From: Vicugna vicugna
Taxonomy: Eukaryota
Assembly: GCA_013265495.1 (NCBI GenBank)
Contig: MU058423.1
Coordinates: 5,252,745-5,316,744, forward strand
Reading direction: 5' to 3'
Length of the DNA: 64,000 bases
Part shown: positions 1-14,199 of the stretch, in pieces
Numbering within the stretch: position 1 is the stretch's first letter
Layout of the letters: each line of letters begins with the position of its first letter
The notes under the pieces: model-generated
What the model was told of the DNA's origin: nothing
Databases searched by the model: none
Seen by the model: only the letters and a program-made list of their open reading frames with translations
Program-made: the position numbers and the translations under genes

Positions 1-439
1 GAACTTGGTAAGCAGTGTAATATACTGATGTACTGATAAGTAAGTGATGTTTATGGCATTAAAATCCTTCCTAAATGGCAAGTCTGCACCATTTTGTAGA
101 AGGAAAAGTGGGGAAAGGAAGAAGAGAGATTGTACTGGCAGTCGGGGAGTGGAAGGGGCAAACAAGAAATGAGATAGATTCTTAAGACTGACACACGCAT
201 AAAACAATACACTCTGGAATAGTCAGTGCGCTGCAGTTCAGTCACTGACTAAGCTGTTTTTGCTGACTTGTTGAGTGGCCAGTGCCAACCTTCACTTCTC
301 ATTGTGTTCAATTCATTTATTCAAGAATTATTACATCAGTCAATGACTGTAGGGCTTCATTTTGTCAAGTGGTAGGGGAAGGGAAGACTAGATACACATT
401 CATATTCAGATGTTTTAGCTCTCTGACCAAAAGGAATTT

Positions 440-590
440 ACGTAATCTTCAAATCTCTTTACTTATGTGTGAAATAAGGAAAAATATATCTTCCTTACTG
501 GATGGGTCAAAGGATTTAATGAAATAACACGTGTCAAACATTTAGCACAGTACCAGGCATATGGTAATAAAATAAATAATAGATTTTAGA
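440..590 (+). mobile_element. MIR SINE fragment (core/3' end)
   Basis: 'aggatttaatgaaataacacgtgtcaaacatttagcacagtaccaggcatatggtaa' resembles the MIR 3' consensus; followed by a (GAT)n run. Confidence 0.7.
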
Positions 591-689
591 TGATGGTAAT
601 GATGATGATGATGGTGATGATGCCATGTGCTTGGGAACTGAAAATAATTTACTAAACTTTCTTACAGTATGTAATTTGTCTATCCAATG

Positions 690-1240
690 TCTTAACAGTG
701 TCTATTGAAAACAGGAGGTTTAAATTATTGATTAGTTTACTCTTTTATCAGTTTACTCTTCTACAGATCATGCTTTTGATGTTGTATTTTGCATATTCTT
801 TTCCTAAGCCAAAATGACACATATTTTCTCCAATTTTTTTCCCTACAAGTTGCGGAATTTTCAGTATTGCATTTAGGTCTGTGATCTATTCTCAGTTAAT
901 TATTTTATATGGTGCAAGGTTTGAATTGAAGTTCATTTTTAAACATAGGAATATCCAATTATTCTGCTCATGTGTTGAAAAGACTTTTTATCAGTTGATT
1001 GCTTTTGCACCTTTGATGAAAATTAGTCATCCATATGTGATTAGGGCTATTTATGTGCTCTCTATTCTGTCCCTTTATTCAATTTGTCTACTTTATACCA
1101 ATAACACTGTCTTGGTTAAGGTAGTTTAAAACAAATTTGAAATCAGGTCATATTAGTTTTCCGTCTCAGTAGTTTTGGTTATTCTAGTTTCTTTTCATTT
1201 ATATATTTACTTTAGAATCAGTTTGTCAGTTTCCAAAAAT
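690..1240 (-). mobile_element. Old LINE-1 (L1M) ORF2 3' fragment
   Basis: T-rich antisense L1 hallmarks such as 'tttaggtctgtgatctattctcagttaat' and 'tttagaatcagtttgtcagtttcc'. Confidence 0.65.
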
Positions 1241-1249
1241 CCAACAGAC

Positions 1250-2405
1250 TCTTTTTAGAGCAGTTTTAGGTTCACAGTAAAACTGAGAGGAAGATAACAG
1301 AGAATTTCTATATACTCCTTGCCTCTGTATATGCAAAGTCTCTCCCATTCCAGCATGCCTTACCAGAGTAATAAATAGTTACAACTGATGAACTTCAACT
1401 GATGTATCATTATTACCCAAAGTCCACAGTTTAGGATTTATTCTTGGTGTTTTATATTCAGTGGATTTTGGCAAATGCATTATGACAGGTATCCACCATT
1501 GTAGTATCATACAGTATAGTTCTGCTGTCCTAAAATCCTCTGTGCTTCACCTATGTACCTTCCTTCCCCCTAACCTTAACTCCTGGCTACCACTGATCTT
1601 TTTATGGTCTCCATATTTTTGTCTTTTCTGGAATATTGTATAGCTGGAATTACACACTATATAGTCTTTTTAGATTAGTTTCTTTCATTAAGTAATATGT
1701 TTGTAAGTTTCCTCTATTTCTTTTTATGGCTTGTTAGCTCATTTCTTTTTAGTGCTAGCTAATACTCCATTTTTTTGATGTACCACAGTTTATTTAACTA
1801 ATCACTATGGAAAGGGACCGTGGTTGCTTCTAAGTTTTAGCAATTATAAATAAAGCTATTGTAAACATCTGTGTGTTGGTTTTAGTGTGGACATGTTTTC
1901 AACTCATTTAAGTAAATACAGGTAAGAGTGTATTTAGTTCTGCAGGAAATCACCAAACTGTCTTCCCAAGTGGTTGTAGCAGTCTGCATTCCCACCAGCA
2001 ACAAATGAGACTTTCTGTTGCTTCACAATCTCACTAGCCATTTGGTGTCATTCGTGTTCTGCATTTTGGTTTTTCTAATAGGTGTGTGTAGTATCTTGTT
2101 GTTGTGATTTGCATTTCCATGATAATAGATGATGTGGAACATCTTTTTATATGCTCATTTGCCATGTGTACATCTTTTTTGGCAAACTGTCTGTTAAGGT
2201 CTTTGGCCCAATTATTTACCAGGTTGTTTTCTCATTGTTGAGTTTTAAGAGTTCTTTGTATACTTTAGTTAACAGTCCTTTATCAGATGTGTCTTTTGCA
2301 AATACTTTCTCCTAGTTTTTGGCTTGTCTTTTAAATCCCTTCTGTCTTTCATATAGCAGAAGTTTTTAATTTTAATGCAGTCCAGCTTATCATTTTTTCT
2401 TTCTT
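1250..2405 (-). mobile_element. Old LINE-1 3' end (L1MC/L1MD-like)
   Basis: 'ttttagagcagttttaggttcacagtaaaa', 'ctgcattcccaccagcaacaaatgag' and 'gatgtggaacatctttttatatgctc' are typical antisense L1 3' UTR/ORF2 motifs. Confidence 0.8.
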
Positions 2406-3139
2406 GCAAGACACAAATATGGAATAAGAAAAACAGCCTGCAAGAGTTTCTGAGCTAAAGCTCAGTTGCCCATTTTCACATATCTCCTTGAAGTGGGGGT
2501 GTGCATACCTGTAAGAGAACCAAGAATGGAGCAGACACCAGGTTCCACACAGACTTGGAGCCAGATCTTTGACTGCATGATCTGCCACCACGCAGTTGTC
2601 AAGTTATTTGGGAAAAAAATGTTCATTAAACTTGTATTTTAAAAATTAGCTTACTAAGAACAGGATTTTAAAATTAAAGTACAATAATAAACATGGAAAA
2701 ATTAGCTAGCTCCCTGGGGAGAAAATACAGCCATGTAACAGGACTACTTCTTCAGTTAGTTGTCAAGCTACAAAGATGTCAAGATACAAAAGCTGTATGT
2801 AAGCTGAGTACTCTCACAAGTGCAAGGAGAGAAAAGAAATCGCAATCAGTGAGCATCCACTCAACTTTTCAAACTTCTCAATGTTTTATTTGTTGGTTTT
2901 CTTGTTTTAGAGTTAAAATAATAAGTAGTTTATATTAATTTTAATCATACAGGCAATGCACAAAAAAGGTATCCTTGGAAATAAAGTTAAATATTTTAAC
3001 CAAATCTATAGTTTTTATGCAGTGAGATATGATAATACAATTCTAAGATACTTAGCAATGTAAACATGTTTCTTTGCGGGGGGGGAGCTCTTTCCTACTG
3101 CTAGATTGTACATACTTTGTAAAAAAAGGGTAATCATAT

Positions 3140-4500
3140 AAAGATTTCTGATTATGTATCTTCCTTTATTAAGTCAGTAACTGACAGGAGAAACAATACT
3201 GTCAATCATGCTTTTCCAAATTTTCCTGGAATTTTCTATGTCTTTTTAGTTTACAGATATAATTTCTCTTCAAGAAAACTTTTTTTTCCTATTATGTAGC
3301 TGATTACATTTTTGTTCCTTCCATTGGCAATTTGAATTATTCTCTCATTGGATGACTTTGCCTGTCTTCTACATTAAACTTCTGTGAATTGGTGGTGATC
3401 TCTTTTTACCTTTTTTTTTTTTTTTGTCTTTGATTTACAGTTAGTAACTCAAGGTTTTTCCTCCATCAGTAAATGAAGTCAGTGGTGTCTATTGTCTTCC
3501 TTTCAGTTTCTTATTTTTAGTTCTATATTGATGTTATTTTTGCCTTCATTTTGTTTCATAAGTTCTGCAATTTCCATTTTAATCTCCTTCTGTTGTTTGA
3601 ATGTATGACATTTCAGCTATCCCTTTCTTATAAAATTCACTGTCTCATTAAATTATTCTGTAGTATGAAGTTAGCTCTAGGGAACTGTCTTCTATTTCTT
3701 GAGTTATGTTTTATTCTATGCTAGATACTTCCATACAACTGTTAGACACTCTTTTCCTTTTCTTTAATATATTTGTTGTTGCCTTATACCTTTGCCTCTT
3801 TTGGGCCATATGGTGTTGTCTGTTTTGATGAAACAAATGATCTACTGGCTTTCACCTATAGCTGGTTTTTTCTTCTCACACTTTCCATGTTATTTGAGTT
3901 GTTTTTGTCTGCATTCCATACTCAGAATTTGAGAATCTATTCTGTCCTCTAAACCAAAGCTACCTAGGGAAAGAGAAAGAACTCAGCTACAGCTAGTGTC
4001 AACAATCTAAACTATGTCCTCTTTTCTGGGAATCTGTTAAATAGCCTTTCTGGGTTTATTCTACCTAGAAGAAAACTGTTTTATTCTCTTAAAGAAATAC
4101 TCAGGACAAAGATTACACTTCCAATTCAGGATGAAACCATTTCTATTCACTCACCTTCACCATTTTACTTGTAAGATTACAGCAGCAGTTTTTGCTCTAC
4201 CATCATACTTATTCAACCCATGTATCACTTTCTATTAGAATGTGGGGAAATGCAGTGACCGTTTTCAAGATCCTCCTAATATGTCAGTCCCATTTTTGGT
4301 AAATGGGAGCTTTACAAAAAGTGTCACTACTCTGTATTACAATCTTCCTTCTCTTTTCCTTGGTAACTTTTGCTTCTTAAAGTTTATGGCATAGGGTTGA
4401 AGTATTTTTCTTGTTTAATAATCACTAGCAATTTCTTTCTTTATTTATTTTTGATATCTGAATTATTTGTGTATGTGGTGTATTGAGAATCTATAACTTG
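3140..4500 (-). mobile_element. Highly diverged L1/HAL1-like 5' region (ORF1) remnant
   Basis: Long T-rich tract with the composition of antisense L1 ORF1; no intact frame; boundaries approximate. Confidence 0.35.
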
Positions 4501-4939
4501 GCTTCCCACTGTATCATCTTTACTTAGAAATCAGTATGGCTAATTTTTAATGACTATGAAGTAAAGTGAGAAGTGAGATTAAATTTGCATGAAGCGTAAT
4601 CATTTTCTTACAGAAAACACAATTTGTGCTAATTTAAAAACAATATTTTCTACAGTTCTTATGTTCTATAAATAAACTACAATTTTTAGAATTTAACATG
4701 GGCTATACTTTAAAAATTATGATTCATAAGATTAAAAATTCAGCTCAGAAAGGTCCTTCTTGAAATATTCATTTGGTCGTGAACATTGTCTGATTAACAC
4801 ACTGTACTTCATGCTTAAAACACAAAAGGAAAAGTAGGAAGAAGAGACAGAGGTAATGCACAATTTCTTAAAAGCAAAATTTGTAAAAGACCTAATTAGG
4901 GTAAAGACTACTGATTCATTCCCAGGATTCAGTCTCTCT

Positions 4940-5440
4940 GTTCTTCTGATGATGGAATATCAACCCATTCCTCCAACATGTTTTAGCTACAAGATGGTTA
5001 CCCAATTTGACACAACATTGTAAAATGACTGTAAACCAATAAAAAATATTTAAAAAAAAGATGGTTACCCAACTAAAGCTGTATTTTCCAGCATCTTATT
5101 GAAGCTAGATGTAGCTATGTGACTAATTTTAGGCAAGTGGGATGCCTGTGCAACTTCCAGATGGTGTTGTTTAAAAATGAAATAATTTTCATTCTCCCCA
5201 CTTCTTAGTTCTCTCTTCTCACTGAAAAGGCAGCAATGGAAGCACCAACATGAACCTGGACATGAAAGTATCATATTGAGGATGATAAAATTGCCTCAAC
5301 AGCCATGAAAAGTTCATCTCTGGTCTTTTTCATGTAAGAGAACATTCTGTCTTATTAAGCACAGGTTATTCTTGTTACAGAGTGTTTTTTTAAACACAAG
5401 GGTGTTCTTATCATAGAAGTTTAGCCTATATCCTAACTAG
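4940..5440 (+). mobile_element. MLT1 (MaLR) LTR, interrupted by a micro-L1
   Basis: 'tattttccagcatcttattgaagctagatgtagctatgtgactaattttagg' matches the old MLT1 LTR motif. Confidence 0.55.
5006..5057 (+). mobile_element. 52-bp 5'-truncated L1 3' tail with 15-bp TSD
   Basis: Exact direct repeat aagatggttacccaa at 4991-5005 and 5058-5072; the insert resembles the L1 tail at 35093-35128 and carries AATAAA plus an A-tail. Confidence 0.85.
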
Positions 5441-5619
5441 AACACAAGTTTGTTAACATTTATTCATGAATGAGTACGGAAAATCCTTATATCATGATGG
5501 CAAGAAAGAATCAGAAAAAAATACACAATTAAAAATTATCTAGGTTTCCATAGAAGGGAAAAGGAAAAAAGATACAAAGGGAAGAAAAAAAAAAGAGTAG
5601 GGGCTAACTTTAACAGGAC

Positions 5620-6380
5620 CATACAGATTTTGGTAGAAATTTAGTGTAAGTGAAATAAGAAAACATTGAAAACTTTGAAGTGGGGTCATGAACAACCATG
5701 GTAGCAGTGGAAAACAAGGGGTAGATAAATTTGATATTTATGATGGAGGTTAATTCTATAAGGTTAAAGTGAAAGCAAATTCTCAAGAGACTTCTAATTA
5801 TCTGACTTGAGAAATTGGATATTTTTGGATATATTGGGGAATAAGCACCATAAAGGCAAGACCATTGTTTTGTTAAAGCTTTTACCTAGCACCTAAATCG
5901 ATGCTTCTTTTTTAGCAGGCATTTAATTAATACCTATTTAATAAGTGAAATAAGGGATATTATTTACTGAGATAATGACAACTGCAAGTTGAGGGCTTCA
6001 TGTGGAACATTTGGACACATTAATTCGGAAATGCTTTTGAATGTTCAAAATGGAGATGTGGATAATCAGAGTGGCAAACAGAAGGGGAGGGAAATAGTCC
6101 AGACAGAAAATGAAAATTGATAACTTTTTGCATATAGATGGAACATAAAGCCATGAGTAAAGATGAGAAGGCCCTGCACTCTACCTGAATGTAGACAGGG
6201 CCTGAGAAATTCCACAGCCTAGAAAGGAGGTGGATAAGAATAGTCCAAAGGAATAGCATTGTCAAGGAGTTACTGCCTACACATGTCCTCAGCATACTAG
6301 GGCCATCTACTGTGAATAAAAGGTCACATGAGCCATTGAGAGAACTTCAGAATGGCGGGATAATAGAAAATGATGAAAAG
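5620..6380 (-). mobile_element. L2 LINE fragments
   Basis: Purine-rich degenerate L2-like phrases ('gacttctaattatctgacttgagaaattgg', 'ggaacataaagccatgagtaaagatgag'). Confidence 0.4.
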
Positions 6381-7854
6381 AAGGAAAGTATGGGCTTTCT
6401 TTTCCAAGTTTTCAGTAGCTGTGTTTCCTGAGCAACATTATAATGTCTGAACACATATAAGCAGGATTTAGGGTTTTAATCAAATACAATTTACAGCAAA
6501 ATTATCTAGCATATTTAATAATGTGACTAATCCTTATTGTGCTTCATGGTAATTAGGCACAATGTTAAGCAGCTTGCATAAATGAATGTGATTAGCATGA
6601 TGTTTATATAGCTAAACTCAATTTTTTTATTGTCAACTGAAGAATAAGTAGGCAAAAATGTGGAAAGGAGGCTTTTTTTGAGGGCTCTTTAAAACTCTGA
6701 TAAGTAACCTGGTAATATCCTGCTTTTCAAAGTAAAGCTCCTCAATCAATATTCTTGCTGATTGCTTTACAGGAAAAATCAGTAAAAATCAGACCCTGGG
6801 TTTCATTTCCTGTCTTGACTTAAAATCTGTCATCTCATTGACAATTAAAGGTGCTTCAAAGATGAGAAGGAAGTAATTTTGTGGAATTTAAACAAACTCG
6901 CAACTAATAAGAGATAGGTCTGTCCGAAGAAGCCCAGGAAAAAGCCAAAGGTAAAAGTATAAAAACATAAGAAATGTAAATATTAGATTAAAATCCAGAT
7001 TGTGAAAGAAAGTCAGGAATGGTTTTTGTCTCTCACAGTGCATTCAAACCCATTCCTGATTTTTTCAGGCAAATCAGAGAAGTTCTATGACTTCTACGTA
7101 CACTTTTATATACAAATTCCTACAATCATGTGCAGTCATTTTATGTAGTGTTAGGTCCGTAATTAATAATGCTAGTCCATATGAATAGTTAAAATTTTAA
7201 AAGCTTTATCATTAAATAAATATCATTAAATAAAGCTTTTACATCTCAAAGCGGTCTTTGGAAGGGTACACTCCTCCGTTAGTAGAAAGATGAGCTACAG
7301 AAGGCTTCTTTCTTTCCCAAACTTGTTCTTCTACACTCTCTCATTTATACTGCTAACTCTGGCTTTAACTCCAGGATTCAGAGAGAAAAGAGGAAGATAT
7401 GTTTTGGGGGCCAGAACAGTTCTTACTTGATTAATACAGCACAATTATTCTGTTGTCTGGGCTTGGCATTGTATTTAGAGTTGAGTCCATCTTTGTTTTA
7501 TCTTCTTTTTTTCCATTCCATTTCCATACTCAGAAATGTCATCAACTTCTTCAATTTAACTGTCATTTTAATTTAGATCACTCGCTTTAGGCAGTCATTT
7601 CGTAATGACAAAAGGGGGTCATTTAATTCAGAGGACACAGTAATGCTAAATAGTTGTGTGCCTAATAAGAATTTCTAAGTACATTTGAAACAAAAATGAA
7701 TGGCACTGTAAATCATCAACTATACTTGTAGATTTAAATATTCCTCTCGACAATGATAAGATACTGGGCAGAGCATCAGTAGCTATAGAAGAAAAACAAC
7801 AACAACAACAAAACTGTTAACCAACATGACCTGAATAACATTTACAGAAAAACA

Positions 7855-7920
7855 AACATCTGAAACTAATACAGTATTGTAAACCAACCATACTTCAATA
7901 CAAAAAAAAAAAAGAAAAAA
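7855..7920 (+). mobile_element. Short L1 3' tail with poly-A
   Basis: 'tgaaactaatacagtattgtaaaccaaccatacttcaatac' followed by an A-run, similar to the end of the 9870-12392 element. Confidence 0.6.
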
Positions 7921-7924
7921 CAAA

Positions 7925-9562
7925 AAAATTCCAAAAAACAATCCAAAAGAGAAATTGAAAAAGAAACATTAACAATAGTATCACAAAGAAATACATACTT
8001 AGGATTAAACTTAATCACATACAGAAAATACTTGCACAAATAAAAACTACAAAAAATTAATGAAAAAATTATAAAAAGACTTAAATAAATGCAAAGACAT
8101 CTCATGTTCATGGATTGGAAGACAATATTAAGATGTAAGTACTACACAAAATGATCTACAGATTTAACACAATTCCTTTCAAAATCTCAACTTTTTTTTT
8201 TTTAAGAAATAGAAAAAAATCCAACCTAAGCTCCATATGGAGCCTCAAGGGATCCTGAATTGCCAAAACAATCTTGAAGAAGAAAAACATAGTTGGATGA
8301 CTCATACTTTCTGATTTGAAAATGAAATGAAAAGGTATAATAATTAAAACTGTACGGTACTGTCAATTAAGACAGACACACGGAATAGAAATATATTTTC
8401 ACATATACGGTAAAATTTTTTTTGACAACGGTGCCAAGAACGTTCAATGGGGAGAGGACAGGCTTTGCAACAAATGGTGCTGGAAAAGCTGGCTATCTAC
8501 ATGCGAAAGAATTAAGTCAGATCCTTCTCTTATACCATATAAAAATTAAAAATGGATCAAAGACCTAAATGTAAAAGGTAAACTTACAAAACTTAGAAAA
8601 AAAATAAGGAAAAAGTTTAATGACACTGAATGTGGCAGTGATTATGTGATTATGATACTGAAGTATAGGCAATGAAAGTAAAAATAGATTAACTGTACCA
8701 CCAAAATTAAAAACTCTCGTGCATCAAAGGACACAATCAACAGAGTGAAAATGCCACAAACAAATGGGGAAAACAAATTATAACTCATACATCTGATGAG
8801 GGATTAATATCCAGAATATGTAAATAATTCTTAATCATAAGAAATATAAATCAAAACTACAATGAGATCACCTCACACACATTAGGATGAATACTATCAA
8901 AAACAAAACAAAATAGAAATTAACATATATTGGTGAAAGTGGGGAAAAATTGAACCCTTGCACACTAATGTTGTGAATATGTAAAATGGTACAGTTATTA
9001 TGGAAAAGAGTCTGACAGTTCCTCAAATAATTAAATAGAGAATTACCATATGAATCAACAATTCCACCTTTGGGTATATATAACCAAAATAAAAAAAGAA
9101 AAGAAAACCCTGAAATCAGGCCTAGAAGACATATCTGTACACCCACATTCAAAGCAGCATTATTCATAATAGCCAAAAAGTAGACAGAATCCAAATGTCC
9201 ATCCATGGCTGAATGGATAAACAAAATGTGGTATACACATACAATGGAGTGTTACTCAGTCTTAAAAAGGAAGCAAATTATGGACATTATACTAAGGAAA
9301 ATAAGCCAGTCATAAAAGGACAAATACTGTATGGTTCCACTTATATGAGGTACATAGAATAATAAAATTCATAGAGACAAAAACAGAATGCTGGTTGCTA
9401 AGGTTTGGTAGGAGACAGGGTATTGCTGCCTAGTGAATATAGAGTTTCACTTCTATAAGATGAAAATGTTCTGAGGACTGATTGCATAGTAGTGTGAAAA
9501 AGTTAACACTATTGAACAACACAGTTAAAAATGGTTAAGACAGAAAACTTTATGCCATGTGA
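7925..9562 (+). mobile_element. LINE-1 (L1MA/MB-like) ORF2 3' half and 3' UTR, internally deleted
   Basis: 'atgttcatggattggaagac', 'caacaaatggtgctggaaaagctgg', 'aaatgtccatccatggctgaatggataaacaaaatgtgg'; reading frame disrupted. Confidence 0.85.
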
Positions 9563-9869
9563 AAAACACACATAAAATTAATGGATATATCCCAACATAT
9601 AAAATAAAGCAAAAGTCAATAAATTTTAAAAAGTAAAAGTAATAAAAGTTACATTCTCCAACCAAACTACAATTAACTTTGAAATTAATAATTGAAAGAT
9701 TTGTGAAATATTTCCCACATGCTTGTAAGTGAAATAACATACTTCAAAATAATCATGTGTTAAAAAAAACTTCAGAATTTAAAAAAAGTGACTTTAATTG
9801 AATGAAATAAAAACACAACTTATCAAATTTGAGGGGTACAGATAATGTAGTGTTTAAGGTAAAACAGAA

Positions 9870-12392
9870 ACCAAATCAAACAAAACATAAAAAAAATTTA
9901 TACACCATGATCAACTTGGATTCATTCCAGGAACACAAACGTAGTTCAACATAAATAAATCAATTAATGTGATACAACACGTCAACAAAAGAAAGGACAA
10001 ACATATCATGATCATCTCAATAGATGCAGAAAAAGCATGTCATAAAATTCAACACTTATTCATGATAAAATCTATTACCAAAGTGGGTATAGAAAGAACA
10101 TATCTCAACATAATAAGTGCTATTTATGACAAACACACAGCAAACATAATACTGAACAGTGAAAAGCTGAAAGCCTTTCTGCTAAAATCTGGAATAAGAC
10201 AAGGATGCTCACTCTCACCACTTCCATTCAACATAGTGTTGGAAGTCCTAGCCATACCAATCAGACAAGAAAAACAAACAAAAAAAAGGATCTAAATTGG
10301 AAGAGAAAAGAAAATTGTTACTCTATGCAGATGACATGATACTATATATAGAAAACCCTAAAAAGTCCACACAATAACTAGTAGAGCTGATAAAGGAATT
10401 TGGCAAAGTAACAGGATACAAGATTAATATACAGAAGTCTGTTGTATTTCTTTACACTAACAACAAAATATCATTTAAAAAAGTAAAAGCAAAAAAAAAA
10501 ATCCATTTAAAATTGCATTACAAAAAAACCCCAAAAACAAACAAAAAAAACCCTTAGGAATACACCTGAACAAGGAGGTGAAAAACTTTCATGCAGAGAA
10601 CTATAAAAAATTGATTGAGGAAATTAAAGATGATTTTTAAAAATGGAAAGATAACCCCATGGTTTTGGATTAGAAGAATCAATATTGTTAAAATGGCCAT
10701 ACTAGCCAAAGCAGTCTACAGATCTAATGTGATCTCTATCAAATTACCCAAGGCATTTTTCATAGAACTAGAACAAATAAGCTTAAAATTTATATGGAAT
10801 CACAAAAGACTCAGAATTGCCAAAGAAAAAGTGAAGGAAAAAAACGAAGCTGAATTCAGACAATATTATAGAGCTACAGTAATCAAAACAGCATTATATT
10901 GGCACAAAAGCAGACATATGTATCAATGAAACAGAATAGAAAACCCAGAAAGAAACCCACAGACTTATGGTCAATTAATTTTCAACAGAGGAGATGAAAA
11001 TATATGAATATATACAATGGAGTAAAGATAGTCTCTTCAGCAAATGGTGTTGGGAAAGTTGGACAGCCACATGCAAATCAATAAAGTTAGAACACCCCCC
11101 GACACCATACACAAAAGTAAACTCAAAATGGCTTAAAGATTTAAACATAAGACAAGACACTATAAATCTCCTAGATGAAAACATAGGCAAAACATTCTCT
11201 GACACAAATCTTAGCAATGTTCTCCTAGGGCAGTCTACCAAGGCAATAGAAATGAAAACAAAAATAAACAAATGGGACCTAATTAAGCTTATAAGCTTTT
11301 GCACAGCAAAGAAACTATAAACAACAAAAAGACAATCTATAGAATGCAAGAAAATATTTGCAAACAATGTGATGGACAAGGGTTTAATTTCCAGAATATA
11401 CAAACGGCTCAAACAAGTCAATTTCAAAAAGATAAACAACCCAATCCAAAAGTCGGCAGGAGACCTGAACAAACATTTCTCCAATGAAGACATACAAATA
11501 GCCAAAAGACACATGAAAAGATGTTCAATATTGCTAATTATCAGAGAAGTGCAAATCAAAACCACAGTGAGGTATCACCTTATACAGTCAGAAGGACCAT
11601 CATTAAAAAGTCCACAAACAATAAATGCTGGAAACAATGCAGAGAAAAGGGAACCCTCCTACACTGTTGGTGGGAATGCAGTTTGGTGTAGCCATTATGG
11701 AAAACAGTTTGCAGATTCCTCAAAAAACAAAAAATAGACTTACCATATGATTCAGCAACCCCACTTTTGGGTGTATACCTGGAGGGAACTCTAATTTGAA
11801 AAGATACATGCACCCCAATGTCCATAGCAGCACAATATACAATAGCCAAGACACGGAAACAATGTAAATGTCCATCAACAGATGACTGGATAAAGAAGTT
11901 GTGGTACATTTATACAATGGAATACTACTCAGCCATAAAAAGAATACAATAATGCCATTTGCAGCAACATGGATGGAACTGGAGATTGTCATTCTAAGTG
12001 AAGTAAGCCAAAAAGAGAAAGAAAAATACCATATGATATCATACGTAGAATCTGAAAAAAGGACACAAATAAACTTATTTACAAAACAGAAACAGACTCA
12101 CAGACATAGAAGACAAACTTATGGTTACCTGGGGTGAAAGCGGGTGGTGGCGGAGGGATAAACTGTGAGTTTGGTATTTGCAGATACTAACTACTATACA
12201 TAAGATAGATAAACAGTAATGTCCTACTGTATAGCACTGGGAACTATACTCAATACCTTGTAATAGTCTATAATAAAAACGAATATGAAAAGGTAATACA
12301 TATATGTATGTACACACTTATATAATTGAATCACTATGCTGTACATCAGAAATTAATTAAACAGTGTAAACTGACTACACTTCAATAAAACA
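9870..12392 (+). mobile_element. Younger 5'-truncated LINE-1 (cetartiodactyl type): RT domain to 3' UTR, frameshifted
   Basis: ORF fragments [24 protein letters not shown] motif ('tatgcagatgac' ~10324), KWCWESW, FAATWMELE; 3' UTR ends 'acttcaataaaa'. Confidence 0.95.
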
Positions 12393-14199
12393 TCAAGTAA
12401 AATATATAGCATCAAACATATTAGAAAAGAAGAAAAGACATAAATCTATAAAAGAAGTTATCTTTACTCTCAGGTAACAAGAGCATGACAAGATCATCTA
12501 TGTCTTAAATCTTCTGGTATCTACAAAAAGCTATTACAACTAATAAGTGAGACTAGAACAGCAGTAAAATATAAGATCATTATACAAATTATATAATATT
12601 TCAATAACCTATGTATTTACTACCAATAATCAATCAGAAATTGAAAATAAAAAGGAATACTCAACATTAGCATCAAACATATAGAATGTTTAGGGAAAAA
12701 AATCTAACAAAAATGTGCAGCTCTATACACTGAGTTATGAAATATCTGGAAAATATTTTTAAAGATCCAAATAAATAAATATACCATATTTATAGACCAG
12801 GAGACTCTTTAATTTTAAGGGGTCAGTTATCTCCAAATCCAATGCAATTCATATCAAAGTCTCAGCAGGCTTCTTGGTAGAGATTAACAAGTTACTTCTA
12901 AAATATAGGTGGAAATTCAAAGGACCTAGAATACCCAATTTCCAAAATAATAAGAAAGTTGGAGAACTTGTACTACCTGCATTCTAGCTACAGTAATTAT
13001 GACAACGTGGTATAGGTATAAAGTAGGTACATAAATGGTAATAATAGGGGGTACGGAAATAGATCTACACATATATAGTTATTTAATTTTCAACAAAGAT
13101 GCAAAGGCAGATAAGTGAAAAAATAATTGGCTTTTCAATTAATAGTGTCTGGATTGAGTTTTTTTGTTTGAAATTTACATGAAAAAATAAATTAAATTAT
13201 ATCTACATTTCACATTTATAAAAATTAAATCAAATGGCTCTTATGCTTAAATGTAAAACCAAAAATTACAAAACTGCTAAAATAAAACATAGAAAAAAGA
13301 TTTTGTGAACTTTGGTTAGGCACAGATTTCTTAGCTACACCACCAAAAGCATAATTCCTGAGATAAAATCAATACACTGAAGCTTATCTGAATTAAGAAC
13401 TTGTACTCTTTAAATGACATTGTTAAGAGAATGAAAAACCAGAGCACAGACTGGAGAAAATATATTCTAATCACATATCTTATAAAGGCCATATATTCAA
13501 AAAAAATACATATACACATACATACATACATATACAGAATTTGAAACTCAATGAAAAGAAGGCATACAAGTCAATTACAAATGGGCAAAAAATTAAATAA
13601 ACATTTAATCAAATAAATACACAGATGGCAAATAAAAACACTAAAAGATGCTCCCCATTAATAGCTATAAAATCACTATGAGGTAGCCCTACAAACCTAT
13701 TAGGTCTAAAACTACAAAGACTGGCCACACTAAGTGTTGCAAAGCACGTGTACCAACTGGGATTCTCATATCCTTCTGATAAAGTGGTAAATATTCTGAC
13801 AGTTTCTTAAAAGTTAAACACACACCGACTACCACTGAATCCTTCCACTCTGATGGAATGAAATACTCAGCAATTAAAAGAAACAAACTGTTGTTGTATG
13901 CAACAAAATGGATCACTTTCAATAATTTTGCTGCGCTGAAGATGACAGACAGAATATCCCATTTCTATGAAATTATAGAAATGAAAACTCATCTATTGCA
14001 ACTGAAAGTAGATTCATTGTTGCTGGTAATCAGAATGTGTGGTAAGAGGAAGTAGAAAGGAATTTGAGAAAATTTGGGGTTACGGAAAAGTTCACTATCT
14101 AGACTACATACACATCAATACCTATCAAACTATATTCTTAAGCATGTACAGTTTATTTTATGCCATTTATAAATAAATATTTTTAATAAATAAGAAATT

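Larger units (their letters stand above)
7592..14190 (+). mobile_element. Old LINE-1 (L1MC/D/E-like) from ORF2 endonuclease to 3' end, split by younger L1 insertions
   Basis: Collinear L1 pieces at 7592-7850, 9563-9865 and 12397-14190; EN-domain sequence 'catttcgtaatgacaaaagggggtca', 3' UTR 'gaaatactcagcaattaaaagaaacaaactg'. Confidence 0.7.

Noticed and set aside
10975..11992. Hydrophobic minus-strand ORFs (196, 109 and 90 aa) resembling membrane proteins
   Set aside because: They are the antisense reading of L1 ORF2
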